This document shows positions 48,592-57,443 of a stretch of DNA of 64,000 nt, one piece after another; the first letter of the stretch is position 1; each line of letters starts with the position of its first letter. Under the pieces are notes generated by a model. The model was not told the DNA's origin and did no database searches. It saw only the letters and a program-made list of their open reading frames with translations. Location of the stretch: the IMG/VR virus record IMGVR_UViG_3300042367_000228, positions 308,017 through 372,016 of that record; one strand, given 5' to 3'. The position numbers and the translations under genes are program-made.

Positions 48592-48848
48592 TAGAACTAG
48601 CACCTAAAGAACTATGGCTTGAACAATCTACACAAAACGAAGCATTGATGCACATATTCTTCCAAAAGGGTTATCGCTTGCCTACATTTGAAGAACTACC
48701 TCAAATGAGACAAATACTAAACCGAGAAGTAATATTAGTGTGGACTGAAAACACAGTACGTGACCCATTGTTTGAAATGTTTGATCTAGATAACAGGTCA
48801 TTGCTTCCGTTTAAAGCTAAAGTTATTCCAGTGAGGGATGTATGTTAG
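48588..48848 (+). CDS. divergent DUF1566/Lcl-like mini protein, array 8
   Basis: MIELAP..GYRLPT.EE...PVRD. Confidence 0.75.
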   Translation: MIELAPKELWLEQSTQNEALMHIFFQKGYRLPTFEELPQMRQILNREVILVWTENTVRDPLFEMFDLDNRSLLPFKAKVIPVRDVC

Positions 48849-49087
48849 AGTTTGGACCGAGATTAGAAAGAGGTATCAACTCGTATGAGTTAATATCTCA
48901 AGGCATTAACTCATATGATGATGCGTTTTTGGCCTGTTTAACATGTGACCATAGGGGATATTATGATTGGCGTTTACCAACCAGAAAAGAGTATTTTGAC
49001 GAGGATTTAATGTCTGGAGCGTGGTATGAAAGCAAGCCATCATGGCGCAGAGCATGGTATGTAGTACCAGTGAGGGATAAATGTTAG
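48842..49087 (+). CDS. DUF1566/Lcl-like mini protein, array 9
   Basis: family motif; internal duplicated GINSY. Confidence 0.8.
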   Translation: MLEFGPRLERGINSYELISQGINSYDDAFLACLTCDHRGYYDWRLPTRKEYFDEDLMSGAWYESKPSWRRAWYVVPVRDKC

Positions 49088-49299
49088 AAATAGGCCCATG
49101 CTCATCTCACACACTAATATTAGATGAAGCCTGGCTATACTGTATTACACTAGAACATAACGGACATAGAGATTGGAGATTGCCTACTTGGCAGGAAATG
49201 AATAGCCATCAAATGCGAAACTGTAGAGGCTGGACGAACCCGTACTATCTTAGTTCTAGTCTTAGCCAAATGCTTGTTTACCCAGTGAGAGATTTATGA
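49081..49299 (+). CDS. DUF1566/Lcl-like mini protein, array 10
   Basis: family motif. Confidence 0.85.
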   Translation: MLEIGPCSSHTLILDEAWLYCITLEHNGHRDWRLPTWQEMNSHQMRNCRGWTNPYYLSSSLSQMLVYPVRDL

Positions 49300-49514
49300 T
49301 TGAAACAGGATACCAATCAGCACAACAATTAGAGTATGACGAAGCACTGCTGTATTGTTATACCTGTACCGATAGACAAAAATATGACTGGCGTATGCCT
49401 ACATCAAAAGAACACAACCACTTCCCAGCTACTACTTGGCATATTGATAGAATACCCGATATGGTCCTATGGATGGAACTTTATGTAATTCCAGTGAGAG
49501 ATAAAGATGTTTGA
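49296..49514 (+). CDS. DUF1566/Lcl-like mini protein, array 11
   Basis: family motif. Confidence 0.85.
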   Translation: MIETGYQSAQQLEYDEALLYCYTCTDRQKYDWRMPTSKEHNHFPATTWHIDRIPDMVLWMELYVIPVRDKDV

Positions 49515-49734
49515 ACAAGCACCTATGATCAAGTATGTTACTATAGACGAAGCTGAACTGTACACGATGACGCTAACCTATAACAATCACTACGATTGGA
49601 GGCTCCCTACTATAATAGAACTACGTCACGCTACGCCTGATATATCCAAACGCCCAGTATGTTGGCATCAGCATGATCTTATGGGTCAGTTGGATGATAT
49701 GAAATGCGCATTGATCCCAGTGAGAACTATATGA
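49507..49734 (+). CDS. DUF1566/Lcl-like mini protein, array 12
   Basis: family motif. Confidence 0.85.
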   Translation: MFEQAPMIKYVTIDEAELYTMTLTYNNHYDWRLPTIIELRHATPDISKRPVCWHQHDLMGQLDDMKCALIPVRTI

Positions 49735-49967
49735 TTGAATTAGGACCACATGACGACTGCTTTGTAACGATAGACGAAGCAATGTTATACATCTATACCC
49801 TAACCCACAACAACAAATATGACTGGCGTTTTCCGACAGCAGCAGAATATGATGACACTGATGAGATGCCTCCTATGACCTGGCATAGCACCTGGTATGA
49901 CTATACCGTACATTACGCTAATGATTCAGAACGAGCAGTTTACCCAGTGAGAGATATAGATGATTGA
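49731..49967 (+). CDS. DUF1566/Lcl-like mini protein, array 13
   Basis: family motif. Confidence 0.85.
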   Translation: MIELGPHDDCFVTIDEAMLYIYTLTHNNKYDWRFPTAAEYDDTDEMPPMTWHSTWYDYTVHYANDSERAVYPVRDIDD

Positions 49968-50184
49968 CATACACACAAACAGTAAACTGGTCTCATACAC
50001 AGAAGCCGAACTATATGCTTGGACTTGTACCAATCAAGGCTATTATGATTGGCGATTACCTAACTTTGATGACCCTATACCATTCTTTATGCAAACCGAA
50101 TGCTGGATTTCCTATACGTTGCCATATACTGATTACTTCGCAGAAGGCAGAACAATAGTAGTAGTGAGAGATAAAGATGATTGA
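49960..50184 (+). CDS. DUF1566/Lcl-like mini protein, array 14
   Basis: family motif. Confidence 0.8.
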   Translation: MIDIHTNSKLVSYTEAELYAWTCTNQGYYDWRLPNFDDPIPFFMQTECWISYTLPYTDYFAEGRTIVVVRDKDD

Positions 50185-50401
50185 AGCTAAACTTGTATCA
50201 CACTCAAAATCGTGTGAAGAAGCTGAACTTTACATTTGGACACTAACACACGAAAACAAGTACGATTGGCGTTTTCCAACACGCGATGAATGCGTAAAAC
50301 TTACAGGTGGTCCAATATGGTGTGATTCACTAATCAAAAGTCCATATATAGAGCCACTCGACCGCTTTTATTTAATAGCAGTGAGAGATACAGATGCTTG
50401 A
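50177..50401 (+). CDS. DUF1566/Lcl-like mini protein, array 15
   Basis: family motif. Confidence 0.8.
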   Translation: MIEAKLVSHSKSCEEAELYIWTLTHENKYDWRFPTRDECVKLTGGPIWCDSLIKSPYIEPLDRFYLIAVRDTDA

Positions 50402-50597
50402 GTTTGCTAGTCAATCCCATTTACTCCCTTATTACGAAGCTTGGCTTTACTGCGTTACTTGTACTCACAACAACAAGTATGACTGGCGATATCCTACTAT
50501 TGGAGATGTATGGGAGCATCCGCAGATTCTCAAGAATAATTTTACACCACCATACGACTTGTTCTACATAACCCCAGTGAGAACTCAAGATGATTGA
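50394..50597 (+). CDS. DUF1566/Lcl-like mini protein, array 16
   Basis: family motif. Confidence 0.85.
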   Translation: MLEFASQSHLLPYYEAWLYCVTCTHNNKYDWRYPTIGDVWEHPQILKNNFTPPYDLFYITPVRTQDD

Positions 50598-50811
50598 ACA
50601 AGCTACTACTAAACGGCGTGACTTCTCATATGACGAAGCTTGGCTATACGTAGCCACTTGCACCCATAAAAAGAAATACGATTGGCGCATGCCTACTATG
50701 CTAGAACACTTTGGAAGAAAGTATCGACCTCTGATACTTGGACAATGGTATGAGCGAGACTATTTTGAACACCGAACATACGTAACCCCTGTGAGAACAA
50801 ACGATGATTGA
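50590..50811 (+). CDS. DUF1566/Lcl-like mini protein, array 17
   Basis: family motif. Confidence 0.85.
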   Translation: MIEQATTKRRDFSYDEAWLYVATCTHKKKYDWRMPTMLEHFGRKYRPLILGQWYERDYFEHRTYVTPVRTNDD

Positions 50812-51001
50812 AGCAGCCCCTATGTCACATTTAATGCCATACAACGATGCATTCTTATATGCGATAACTTGCACCCATAACGACAAGTATGACTGGCGAA
50901 TGCCAACTGCTGGCGACTTCTCCAATAATGTTAAACTAAGAACAACTGATCAACGCCGCAACATACAATTTTGTCCTATCAGAGGATCAAGAGATGATTG
51001 A
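50804..51001 (+). CDS. DUF1566/Lcl-like mini protein, array 18
   Basis: family motif, short variable segment. Confidence 0.8.
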   Translation: MIEAAPMSHLMPYNDAFLYAITCTHNDKYDWRMPTAGDFSNNVKLRTTDQRRNIQFCPIRGSRDD

Positions 51002-51209
51002 ACTAGCCCCACGAACACCGGAACTTATGGACTATGACCTAGCTTGGCTATACTGTATTACACTTGGCCACAATGACTGTTATGACTGGCGTATACCAAC
51101 AGCCGACGAATATAAGAGTTCTCGGTGTAGTTTGTCTTGGCATGAAACTAGATATATGTTCCTAGATCCATTATATCATGTAACCCCAGTGAGAACTAAC
51201 AATGATTGA
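50994..51209 (+). CDS. DUF1566/Lcl-like mini protein, array 19
   Basis: family motif. Confidence 0.85.
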   Translation: MIELAPRTPELMDYDLAWLYCITLGHNDCYDWRIPTADEYKSSRCSLSWHETRYMFLDPLYHVTPVRTNND

Positions 51210-51426
51210 ACAAGCCCCTAAGACTACTGACAAATTTGATGCCTATAGTGCCGAAATTTACATATACACTTGCACACACGACAACAAGTATGACTGGCGA
51301 ATGCCTACTATAAGAGAATGTGCAGACTTGATTATAACCGGTAGTTGGAATGCTAGTGATTTTAACCATATGACAATGTCCCCACATAGGTGGAAGGTAA
51401 CCCCTGTGAGAACTAACAATGATTGA
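51202..51426 (+). CDS. DUF1566/Lcl-like mini protein, array 20
   Basis: family motif. Confidence 0.85.
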   Translation: MIEQAPKTTDKFDAYSAEIYIYTCTHDNKYDWRMPTIRECADLIITGSWNASDFNHMTMSPHRWKVTPVRTNND

Positions 51427-51652
51427 ATATGGCCTTAAATTAGAAAAAGTCGTAGCCTATGACACAGCTTGGTTATACTGCGCTACACTAACACACGACA
51501 ACAAGTACGACTGGAGATTACCAACCAACACAGAATGGCATAAGTTCTTTAGACAAGACCCAGTTGCACCAAACTATTCACGGGTTTGGTATAAAGATAG
51601 ACTCACACCATATCAGTGGTATTGCTTACCGGTGAGAACTAACAATGATTGA
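51419..51652 (+). CDS. DUF1566/Lcl-like mini protein, array 21
   Basis: family motif. Confidence 0.85.
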   Translation: MIEYGLKLEKVVAYDTAWLYCATLTHDNKYDWRLPTNTEWHKFFRQDPVAPNYSRVWYKDRLTPYQWYCLPVRTNND

Positions 51653-51857
51653 ACTTGCTATACGACCTCAAGAAGAAATGGATTACGATACTGCATGGCT
51701 GTATTGTCTAACACTTGACTATAACGGACATAAAGATTGGCGATTGCCTACAGGAACTGAATATACTACTACGGATGCGCTATCATTTAGTTGGTTTGAA
51801 GAAAGAAAAACCGGCGAAAGATGGGTATGCCAACCAGTAAGGACTATAAATGATTGA
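51645..51857 (+). CDS. DUF1566/Lcl-like mini protein, array 22
   Basis: family motif. Confidence 0.85.
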   Translation: MIELAIRPQEEMDYDTAWLYCLTLDYNGHKDWRLPTGTEYTTTDALSFSWFEERKTGERWVCQPVRTIND

Positions 51858-52077
51858 ACTAGCCCCAGAAGCAAAAGAATATATGAACTATGACACCGCC
51901 TGGCTATACTGCGCTACGCTAACCCGCAACAACAAGTATAACTGGCGATTACCGACTCATAGAGAATACAACAGATCCCTACTTATAATGAATTGGTTTG
52001 AAGATAGATATCGTATCTTGGGATTGGGCGATGCGCGTGACCTTCATGTAACCCCAGTAAGGACTATAAATGATTGA
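51850..52077 (+). CDS. DUF1566/Lcl-like mini protein, array 23
   Basis: family motif. Confidence 0.85.
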   Translation: MIELAPEAKEYMNYDTAWLYCATLTRNNKYNWRLPTHREYNRSLLIMNWFEDRYRILGLGDARDLHVTPVRTIND

Positions 52078-52285
52078 ACTAGCACTACAAACACAACAAG
52101 AAATAACTTATGATCTAGCTTGGCTATACTGTATTACACTTGACTACAATGGCCATAAGGACTGGCGACTACCAACAGCTAACGAATATAAAAGTTTTCA
52201 GTTTACATCAGCTTGGCATGAAGGTAGATTTCAAGTTCTACAAGAATATTATGTACTCTATGTAATCCCAGTGAGAACCTTATGA
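52070..52285 (+). CDS. DUF1566/Lcl-like mini protein, array 24
   Basis: family motif. Confidence 0.85.
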   Translation: MIELALQTQQEITYDLAWLYCITLDYNGHKDWRLPTANEYKSFQFTSAWHEGRFQVLQEYYVLYVIPVRTL

Positions 52286-52554
52286 TCGAACTTGCTCCCT
52301 ACTTATACCAAACGAAACAAGACGATGCGTTCTTATTCATTATTACTTGCACACACAAAGACAAATACGACTGGCGTTTCCCTACTATGTTTGAAATCTT
52401 ATATAGTGGTATGTTTGAGAATTTAGATCCATGGAGATCTGATAATGTATATCCTAAACTTATTCACTTGATTGACTTGACATACACAGCTGTTCCGGTA
52501 AGAGATTATCCTTTTCCAACTAGACCTCCCGGACTTTATGTACAAAAGCAATGA
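52282..52554 (+). CDS. DUF1566/Lcl-like mini protein, array 25
   Basis: family motif with C-terminal tail. Confidence 0.8.
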   Translation: MIELAPYLYQTKQDDAFLFIITCTHKDKYDWRFPTMFEILYSGMFENLDPWRSDNVYPKLIHLIDLTYTAVPVRDYPFPTRPPGLYVQKQ

Positions 52555-52617
52555 ATAAGTAGCTTATCCATAAAAAAGCAACATAATTGTAGCAAAACAA
52601 AAAGAAAACAACTTATC

Positions 52618-52820
52618 CATTGCTTACTTATAGTAAGCAATGACTATAGTGATAATATAAACTCTTTACACACCATAACACACTATAGTATAATAACAAA
52701 CAGTAACAACAGTCCAAACTATAGTAGCAATACACGCTATACTATAGACTATAGTGATAAACGCTATAGTAAGAGTACAAGAGATCTCTCGTATAGCGTG
52801 ACTATAGTGAACTATAGTAA
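52618..52820. repeat. cluster of ACTATAGT palindromes with 10-bp inverted repeat
   Basis: ACTATAGT at 52643, 52682, 52718, 52748, 52801, 52811; CATTGCTTAC/GTAAGCAATG IR at 52618-52642. Confidence 0.7.
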
Positions 52821-53136
52821 TAAGACAAATAGGCCCCGCTGTACATATATAGAGATTGATGCTGTACGATGAGAGGCTTTGAATTTTCTTTTGAGATTTG
52901 GTAAACAATGAGAAGATTGATGGGAGGCCTATGGGATTTGTGGGGACAAATGGTAAACAATGTGAAAAATACGGTTTTGAGTGGGGTATTCATTGTAGCT
53001 ACCCCTGCCTCCACCCAGCCAATCAAAACTTCATTAAGTATATAGACAATGGTAAAATAGTGCCAAAATAGTGCTTTACTTTGCCAAAACAGTGTGTTAT
53101 ACTGTGCGCATACTTTAATTTAATAGGAGCGCAACA

Positions 53137-53325
53137 ATGTTCATGTTCATATTCTCCACCGCTGTTACTATAGTAGTAATTGGTATAGTAGTTTGGCTCG
53201 GTTGGTTAGTACTCAGTGTGGGATTAATCTGCGGAGGAATATTTGCCTGGGAAGACACGCAGAATATAGCGTGGTTAGGACTATCGGCATTAGGATTGTG
53301 CTTTGCAAGCGCGGGATTGCGGTAA
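53137..53325 (+). CDS. small membrane protein
   Basis: promoter and AGGAGCG RBS; hydrophobic. Confidence 0.6.
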   Translation: MFMFIFSTAVTIVVIGIVVWLGWLVLSVGLICGGIFAWEDTQNIAWLGLSALGLCFASAGLR

Positions 53326-53393
53326 ACAAACCATTTGACAGTCATACTATACTATAGTATAATATGCACTTACTATAAAACAACGGAGCAACT

Positions 53394-54266
53394 ATGTCTA
53401 CAGCAACACTACAACCGCGTATTATATCAACAGACATGCCGCGTGCTACTATAGCGCAAAGAGCAGTAGAACCTGCAGTACACGAAACAGATGACCAGAT
53501 CGTAGATAGGTTACGCACTCGCTTTACTATACTAGAAGACATGACCAAAGCAGTAAAGAAAGGTGATGTACGAGCAATGATAGTAAGTGGACCACCTGGA
53601 GTTGGTAAGTCATTTGGTGTAGAAGCAGTGTTATCAAAGAACGACATGTTCGCTGCTATAGCGCAAGATCCGAGTCTAAAGAAGTATGAAATCGCAAAAG
53701 GCAATATATCAGCATTAGGACTATATCAATTACTATGGCAATACCGCGATAAGAAGTCTATAGTAGTGTTCGATGACTGTGATAGTGTACTGTTCGACGA
53801 TATCGCGTTAAACCTGTTAAAGGCTGCGTTAGATAGCGGTCGAAACAGATGGATCAGTTGGCACACAGAATCGCGAATACTGAAAGAAGCAGGTATTCCA
53901 AACACATTCAACTTTGAGGGCGGATGTATATTCATTACTAATGTTAAGTTCGATCATGTTCGTAGTAAGAAGTTAAAGGACCATTTGGAAGCTCTTGAGT
54001 CACGTTGCCACTACTTGGATCTTACTATAGACACAGATAGGGAAAAGATGTTGCGCATCAAGCAAATCATAAGCGACGGTATGCTTGACAAGTATGAGTT
54101 CGAGAACAACGAGCAGCAAGAGATCTTAGACTATATAGACACACATAAGCACAAGATGCGCGAACTAAGTTTGCGTATGGTACTCAAAGTCGCAGATTTG
54201 CGTAAGAGTATGCCAAACACATGGGAGTCAGTAGCTTCCGTGACGTGTATGCGACCAAAACGATAA
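53394..54266 (+). CDS. AAA+ family ATPase
   Basis: Walker A GPPGVGKS, Walker B IVVFDDCD, FITN, ALESRC arginine finger. Confidence 0.88.
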   Translation: MSTATLQPRIISTDMPRATIAQRAVEPAVHETDDQIVDRLRTRFTILEDMTKAVKKGDVRAMIVSGPPGVGKSFGVEAVLSKNDMFAAIAQDPSLKKYEIAKGNISALGLYQLLWQYRDKKSIVVFDDCDSVLFDDIALNLLKAALDSGRNRWISWHTESRILKEAGIPNTFNFEGGCIFITNVKFDHVRSKKLKDHLEALESRCHYLDLTIDTDREKMLRIKQIISDGMLDKYEFENNEQQEILDYIDTHKHKMRELSLRMVLKVADLRKSMPNTWESVASVTCMRPKR

Positions 54267-54283
54267 TTATCAGTTGCATACTA

Positions 54284-54410
54284 TAGTATAGTATGATTCG
54301 CTCCCATACTATACTAACCTCTTACTATAGTGTAAACTCGCTCCTTATACTATAGTTACTTCAAAGACTCAAAATGAATTCGCTCCTCGTTTTGGGTCTT
54401 TTTCTTTATA
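54284..54410 (+). ncRNA. three-hairpin RNA with A(U/C)UCGCUCC loops; last hairpin doubles as terminator
   Basis: 12-, 12- and 15-bp stems, 9-nt conserved loops, G-U pairs on + strand, U-tract. Confidence 0.75.
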
Positions 54411-54699
54411 TTAAAAACCGGACCCTGTACTCTGGTACTAGGTCGGTCTATAAATGCAAAAAACGGCAAAAACATGGGGCTACAGACCGCTAACGACGCG
54501 GGCCAAAAACCAAAGATGAGTCTTAATTATAGGTGCCTGGATACTAAAAAGGCCCCGCTGTACATATCGGACTATGCGCATTATATATGAATATAGTATA
54601 ACACATATACGCGTGGAAGTAAAGAGTTAATTAGTTCTTTACAAACCATTACTATAGTGTTATACTATACACATATTAACAACTAACGGGGTAAGCAGT

Positions 54700-54996
54700 A
54701 TGAAGCTATGTAATGTACCGCAGGACTTATTAGCAAAGCAAGTTATAATAGACACCATTCCAGACATTGCCTCTATAGTAGTAATATCTGGAGTATTAGT
54801 TGGATCGTATTATCTGTTTAGGTTATTAAAAGATGAGTTCAATGGATCGGATGTGTTTACCTATGTATGTGTAATGATTGTAGCATGGTTAGGTGGGATT
54901 GCGATGATCTCTCACTTGCTCACACATATAGTAACAGCATTCGCCAATCCAGAGTATGCCGCAATGGTTAAGTTTGCCGCAGAGTGCGCCAAATGA
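54700..54996 (+). CDS. membrane protein
   Basis: two TM helices; promoter cassette. Confidence 0.65.
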   Translation: MKLCNVPQDLLAKQVIIDTIPDIASIVVISGVLVGSYYLFRLLKDEFNGSDVFTYVCVMIVAWLGGIAMISHLLTHIVTAFANPEYAAMVKFAAECAK

Positions 54997-55568
54997 TCCG
55001 CGCTGCCATTCTCGCTACTATAGTAGTAATGCCGGTGAATGCGGATGTATATAGATATACCGGACCGGATGGACGAGTTTGGTTAACTGATCATCCTCCG
55101 GTAGTTGTTAAACCAGAAGTCCAAACAGCTGCCAAACCAGTTCGCCAAGACCCTGCTACTATAGTAAAGACTGTGACTAAACCATTAACTCGATGGGAAG
55201 TCAATCATTATGTCCATAAAGCCGCAGTTAAGTATGGAGTAGATGAGAAGTTAGTACATGCAGTGATAAAGACTGAGAGTACATATAGGAAAGCGGCAGT
55301 GAGTAAGAAGGGCGCAGTTGGATTGATGCAGTTGATGCCAGCTACTGCTAGTAGGTTTGGAGTAAGTGATCGATTAGATGAAAAGCAGAATATAGATGGA
55401 GGGGTTAAGTTCCTTAAGTTCTTATTAGATACATTCAAAGACCCAAAGTTAGCGGTTGCGGGTTACAATGCGGGCGAGCATGCAGTGATGCGACATAAGA
55501 ATAAGATACCTCCATATCCCGAGACAGTGAATTATGTGGGATTGGTGATGGCGGCATACAACGAATAA
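54993..55568 (+). CDS. lytic transglycosylase (SLT) with DUF4124-like N-terminus
   Basis: signal peptide; YRYTGPDG; VIKTES, GA.GLMQLMP, AGYNAGE. Confidence 0.9.
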   Translation: MIRAAILATIVVMPVNADVYRYTGPDGRVWLTDHPPVVVKPEVQTAAKPVRQDPATIVKTVTKPLTRWEVNHYVHKAAVKYGVDEKLVHAVIKTESTYRKAAVSKKGAVGLMQLMPATASRFGVSDRLDEKQNIDGGVKFLKFLLDTFKDPKLAVAGYNAGEHAVMRHKNKIPPYPETVNYVGLVMAAYNE

Positions 55569-56025
55569 AAAGTTCTTTACAAACCATATAGCATTTGCTA
55601 TACTATATACACTTTAATATATACGGAGTTACACAAAATGTCGTTTTTATATAGTTTCACAGTGTTTACTACTATAGTATTGTTAAGCGCAATCGCATTG
55701 TTGAACTGGTATGAGATTGTGATATAATTAGTTCTTTACAAACCAAAACTAGTTTGCTATACTATATACAAGTTAAACAACAATGCGGAGCGTGTTATGC
55801 AAGCTAAGATAAAACAATTAGTTGAAAAAGCAAACAAGTATGCCATTTGGGAAAACGTGGAAACGGCGTACTATGCTAGTCCGGAGATAGTTGGCTACAA
55901 TGCAAAGGGCAAACGGGTTCTGAGAAGAGTTGAAAGATTATTGAAAGCGGTTTAAAAACTTCTTTACAAACCAAAATTGTTTTGCTATACTATATGCAAG
56001 TTAAACAACAATGCGGAGCGTAAAA

Positions 56026-56241
56026 ATGTACAAGTTACAAATTACTACCACTAGCAACAACATCGTTACTATCTACTTTAACACTAACATCACAGTGTCG
56101 GAGTATAAAAATAGAAACACAGGAATTATGGAAACTTCAGTACAAGATGGACGTCACAACAACGGCGGCTGGACAACACTTGAGAGCGCAGAGAGCATTG
56201 TGGCGCGTATTGATGCGTTGATTGCTGAAGGCAAGCGGTAA
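56026..56241 (+). CDS. hypothetical protein
   Basis: promoter cassette. Confidence 0.6.
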   Translation: MYKLQITTTSNNIVTIYFNTNITVSEYKNRNTGIMETSVQDGRHNNGGWTTLESAESIVARIDALIAEGKR

Positions 56242-56351
56242 ACAAAGTGCTTGCTAATTTGTTTTGTTGCTGTATAATATGCAACAAGTTAGCAAGCAAG
56301 CTAATTTAACTAAGCAGTACAATTTAACTTTACTATTTCGGAGCGTACAAC

Positions 56352-56759
56352 ATGGCTAAAATTATTACTAACACTATCGCAGAAAAAACATTCACAGTTG
56401 CCGGCGTAAGCAACTTAAAAGGTGTGTACAAATTGCGTGTAGCGAACAGCACGGGGCGCGGCAAAGTGTTACAAGCAAACGGGCACACAGACATTAGATT
56501 AATTGAGTTGCCAAACGCAATGACAAAATTGGAAGCTGCGGATTACTTGTACAGCTTGGAGTTTGATACAAAGTTAATTGAGGACAACGATCCATTGGCA
56601 ATATACTTTACGGATATTGATGCGCAACAGGCGTTTGCGGACTTTTACGCTAAAGCTAAAGTGGTAGCACCAACTGTTGCTACAGTAACAGAGGCAGCTG
56701 AGGATGTAGACTTTGCTGAAGCAGCTGAGTTACTGGAAGCTGACTTAGCAGTAGCATAA
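56352..56759 (+). CDS. hypothetical protein, paralog of 36946-37455
   Basis: EKTFTVAGVS...HTDIRLIELPNAMTK.EA. Confidence 0.75.
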   Translation: MAKIITNTIAEKTFTVAGVSNLKGVYKLRVANSTGRGKVLQANGHTDIRLIELPNAMTKLEAADYLYSLEFDTKLIEDNDPLAIYFTDIDAQQAFADFYAKAKVVAPTVATVTEAAEDVDFAEAAELLEADLAVA

Positions 56760-56826
56760 GGCAAAAGGCCCCGCTGTACTATATGTGTATGGCGGGGCGG
56801 TTACTTACTTTATTAGGAGCAATAAG

Positions 56827-56985
56827 ATGAGAGACTTCAAAGATCCATTTGACACTGATGACTTGTTGGAAGACAACAAGGTAAAGCTAACTGATCTGCC
56901 TGTATTGGAATCAGAAGACTGGGATGCCGATGTAGATGACTTCCTAGGTGAGATTGACGATCACAATTGGGACGATTGGGACTAG
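56827..56985 (+). CDS. small acidic protein
   Basis: AGGAG RBS; Asp/Glu-rich. Confidence 0.55.
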   Translation: MRDFKDPFDTDDLLEDNKVKLTDLPVLESEDWDADVDDFLGEIDDHNWDDWD

Positions 56986-57087
56986 ACACTCCAAAAAAGT
57001 ATGGCAAACGGTAAACAAAGTTCTTTACAAGCCGTTTGCTATACTATATAATATACACTTACTTAACAACAACAAGCGTGTACTACT

Positions 57088-57360
57088 ATGCCAAAAACTA
57101 TTAATCCTGTTGTAATCGCTACCCTCAAACAATGTGTTACTAACTTTAATGCCCAAGCAAAAGAGTATGCTGAAGCAGATGAATGGGACTTTATGGACTT
57201 AGCAATTGAAGATGGCAAGTACAACCAAAAGTGTTTACTTAGTTATATGAAGAGTGGCGACTACGATCAGTTAATCAACTCGCTGGTATATCAAGATACG
57301 CTACCAAGAGAACGAGTTATATATGCAATGATGGAAGCTGGCTGCTATCCAGAGGGGTGA
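57088..57360 (+). CDS. hypothetical protein
   Basis: promoter cassette with SD-less AGCGTG leader. Confidence 0.65.
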   Translation: MPKTINPVVIATLKQCVTNFNAQAKEYAEADEWDFMDLAIEDGKYNQKCLLSYMKSGDYDQLINSLVYQDTLPRERVIYAMMEAGCYPEG

Positions 57361-57443
57361 TAAACGAGTAACAAAGTTCTTTACAACCAGCGCATACTAT
57401 AGTATAATATGCGCTTACTTAACTTAATAGCGTGTATAAAACT

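Larger units (their letters stand above)
46918..52554 (+). repeat. tandem array of 25 translationally coupled DUF1566/Lcl-like mini-genes
   Basis: 25 consecutive paralogs with overlapping stop/start and conserved CCAGT(G/A)AG junctions. Confidence 0.9.

Noticed and set aside
46918-52554. CRISPR-like repeat/spacer look of the array junctions
   Set aside because: Repeats are imperfect coding junctions with ~220-bp period; no cas genes
52563-52620. DnaA boxes (TTATCCATA, TTATCCATT)
   Set aside because: Only two imperfect matches; expected by chance in AT-rich DNA
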